From contig BDGG01000002.1 of assembly GCA_001949185.1 (NCBI GenBank), positions 434,001-498,000 on the forward strand: DNA of 64,000 bases, read 5' to 3'. This stretch comes from Ramazzottius varieornatus (Eukaryota; Animalia; Tardigrada). Both the position numbers and the translations under genes were made by a program. A model generated the notes under the pieces. It saw nothing but the letters and a program-made list of their open reading frames with translations, was not told where the DNA came from and ran no database searches. This document shows, piece after piece, positions 62,196 to 64,000 of this stretch (the stretch's first letter is position 1; each line of letters begins with the position of its first letter).

Positions 62196-62971
62196 GGGGA
62201 AGTTTGTCAGCCAGGCTTGCCGAATGAATTGGGACTGGCAGAAATACAAATTTCGTTTTGCAGATTCAGATATGGACATTTCGGCGGCACTAGACTTGGA
62301 TGACACAGCAAAGAAGACGAGAAATGGAGGCGAAAGTCCGCAAGGAGATTTCGAGCCGATGTCTGTGGTTGAAGAGGGCGAACTGTCGGACGACGACGCA
62401 AGTCCCGCTCTACGCATCGACTTGGAACCCATCTCAGATGCCGAAGAAGTCCACGAAGCTCCGCAGGAAAGTGCCGTTGCAGCACAAGGTGAAGAGGTGG
62501 CCATCACCGGAGAAGCTGCAACAGAAGCAATCGGACAGCCAAGTCAACAAGGCGAGACTGTAAAGCAAGTTGAAAGATGCTGGTTGCCTTTTGAGTACAG
62601 CTGTGACGAGCCTGTGGCCAAGCTGCTAGAAGTGGTGTGTGCGATAGAAGATGGTCGGTTTATGATTCAGTTAGAAGGCTGTTGGAAGAGGACACTTATA
62701 ACCATGGCAGATATGCAAAAGTATTACTTTGAGCACTTGATAGCCTACCTGCAGCGCTTCCGGAAGGAACCTGTACCCAAAAACTTTGCCTTGAAAAGCT
62801 GACCGTATTATGTGTGACAGGAACACTTCTGTGATATTCCATGGCCTCTCTCTCTCTCTTTTCCATTTTTCTCTTCCTGGACTAGAAGTTTCATTTGGAT
62901 GTTTCTTTGGAGAAAGCTGCTTTCCATTTATTCTTGTTTTAATGAAATCATAGCTCTGGTTCTTGTTTTGG

Positions 62972-64000
62972 TCAGATTGAAATTTCGACTCTTCTTCCCT
63001 TGTTGTGGTTGCGTAAGAGGTTTTTGTCTTGGATGTCGTACGAGAGTTTAGTGCCGAATAAACCTGATGGAGTTTCTGCGTTATTGCCGAGGACGATGCT
63101 ATTGTCAAGCAGTGAGTATGAAGCTTTAAATGTTAATAGAGAGCAGGTATATGAAACTTCGTACCCGCCGTGGAAGGGAAGGGCCTTGTGCCAAGGTACA
63201 ATCACGTAATCGTTTAGTCCGGCCATTTTCCCCCTACATACATCAGCACTTTCTACCAGGAAGTACAGACCAAATAAGCAGGCGATCTGCAAGCAAAGAG
63301 GTTTCGTCTGTCGGATTTTTAAGGTTTTGTCGCGGGAAAGTCGTTGTGACAACAGGTGCTTCGTTTGTGTTACTTGCTGTCGGAACAACCTCCTTATCGT
63401 GTCCTTCTCCTTCATCTCCACTGAAATACACCGTAGGCGTGCGGCTCTTTCTCGGAGTTAGAAATGTATCGTCATTGGTAACACGGATAACCGTTGATAT
63501 CAGAAATCGAACACAGAATCCAGAAGCGAGGAATCCTCTCTTCCGTGGAAGGCTACTCACTGTGCAGATTCCAAGGTCAAGAGCTGTTTCCGCAGAAATA
63601 TCATTTTTGAATGTCGCTGTATCAACGCGAATGCGCCACCCAAAAATCAGGTTTGTCTTTCGGTGTAAGTTCTGCGATCAGTCACTATTCTTACCAGCAG
63701 GAAGACCTAACGTTCTTCTATGAGAAATCAACCAAATATCGTATCTCTGACAAGAGCATCCGGAGTTCCAAGCCAAAACCTCAACGGCTCAGCGCAAAAT
63801 ATTACCCCGAACTGCTTGTTTTCGTTATTCCACAAAACGCTTTTGAATTTGGAAAATCAGTCTTTGGCAATTAAACCAAACCGCACATGCAGAAATTTGG
63901 GAGATCGAAGGTACCGTCGCAAAAACCATAGCACGGCTACGGCCAAGATCAGTCAACCTGAACTTAATCAGAACTAAATGCTCCGAAAAAGTTGCGATTT
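62972..64000 (-). CDS. 3' exons of an unidentified gene entering from the right edge
   Basis: Coding-like segments bounded by splice signals (TFKNDISAETALDLGICT; NDDTFLTPRKSRTPTVYFSGDEG; ..LSYDIQDKNLLRNHNKGRRVEISI*). No family recognised. Confidence 0.4.

Larger units (their letters stand above)
58053..62802 (+). pseudogene. HP1-like gene (chromodomain, very long disordered hinge, chromo-shadow-like C-terminus) with two in-frame TAA after the chromodomain
   Basis: EEFEVKEIL..YYVFWEGY|EESTWEPAENLAGC; stops at 58357 and 58363; downstream exons 58902-59438, 59636-59701, 59754-60137, 60470-about 61915 and about 62264-62802 stay open. Last splice and shadow-domain identity uncertain. Confidence 0.65.

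Overview
Eukaryotic animal genomic DNA with compact genes, many short GT-AG introns and two 50-N gaps. Compactness, a divergent receptor guanylyl cyclase, an intronless divergent GPCR and a DUR3 gene are compatible with a tardigrade (Ramazzottius-like), but that is inference. Genes assembled by hand from splice signals: 5' end of Pox neuro, a CS-alpha-beta defensin, a bacterial/plant-type stress SDR, an ABHD14-like protein lacking catalytic residues, DUR3 urea transporter, receptor guanylyl cyclase, orphan GPCR, an apparent chimera of a nuclear-receptor C4 zinc finger and the NOL8 C-terminus, alpha-catenin, sulfotransferase, a secreted Q/G-rich protein, UCHL5, and a very long HP1-like gene with two in-frame TAA stops. 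Mobile DNA: an intron-containing Tc1, a cecropia-type mariner, a pogo remnant nested in a Helitron, several hAT and TA-target MITEs, and foldbacks. The most striking unexplained structure is an ~80-bp palindromic module (CCAAGTGGCGCAC-N25-GTGCGCCACTTGG) in at least 14 arrays of 1-3 units, 11 of them intronic. Two unrelated hairpin families have a similar geometry. All identities come from motif recognition; no searches were run.
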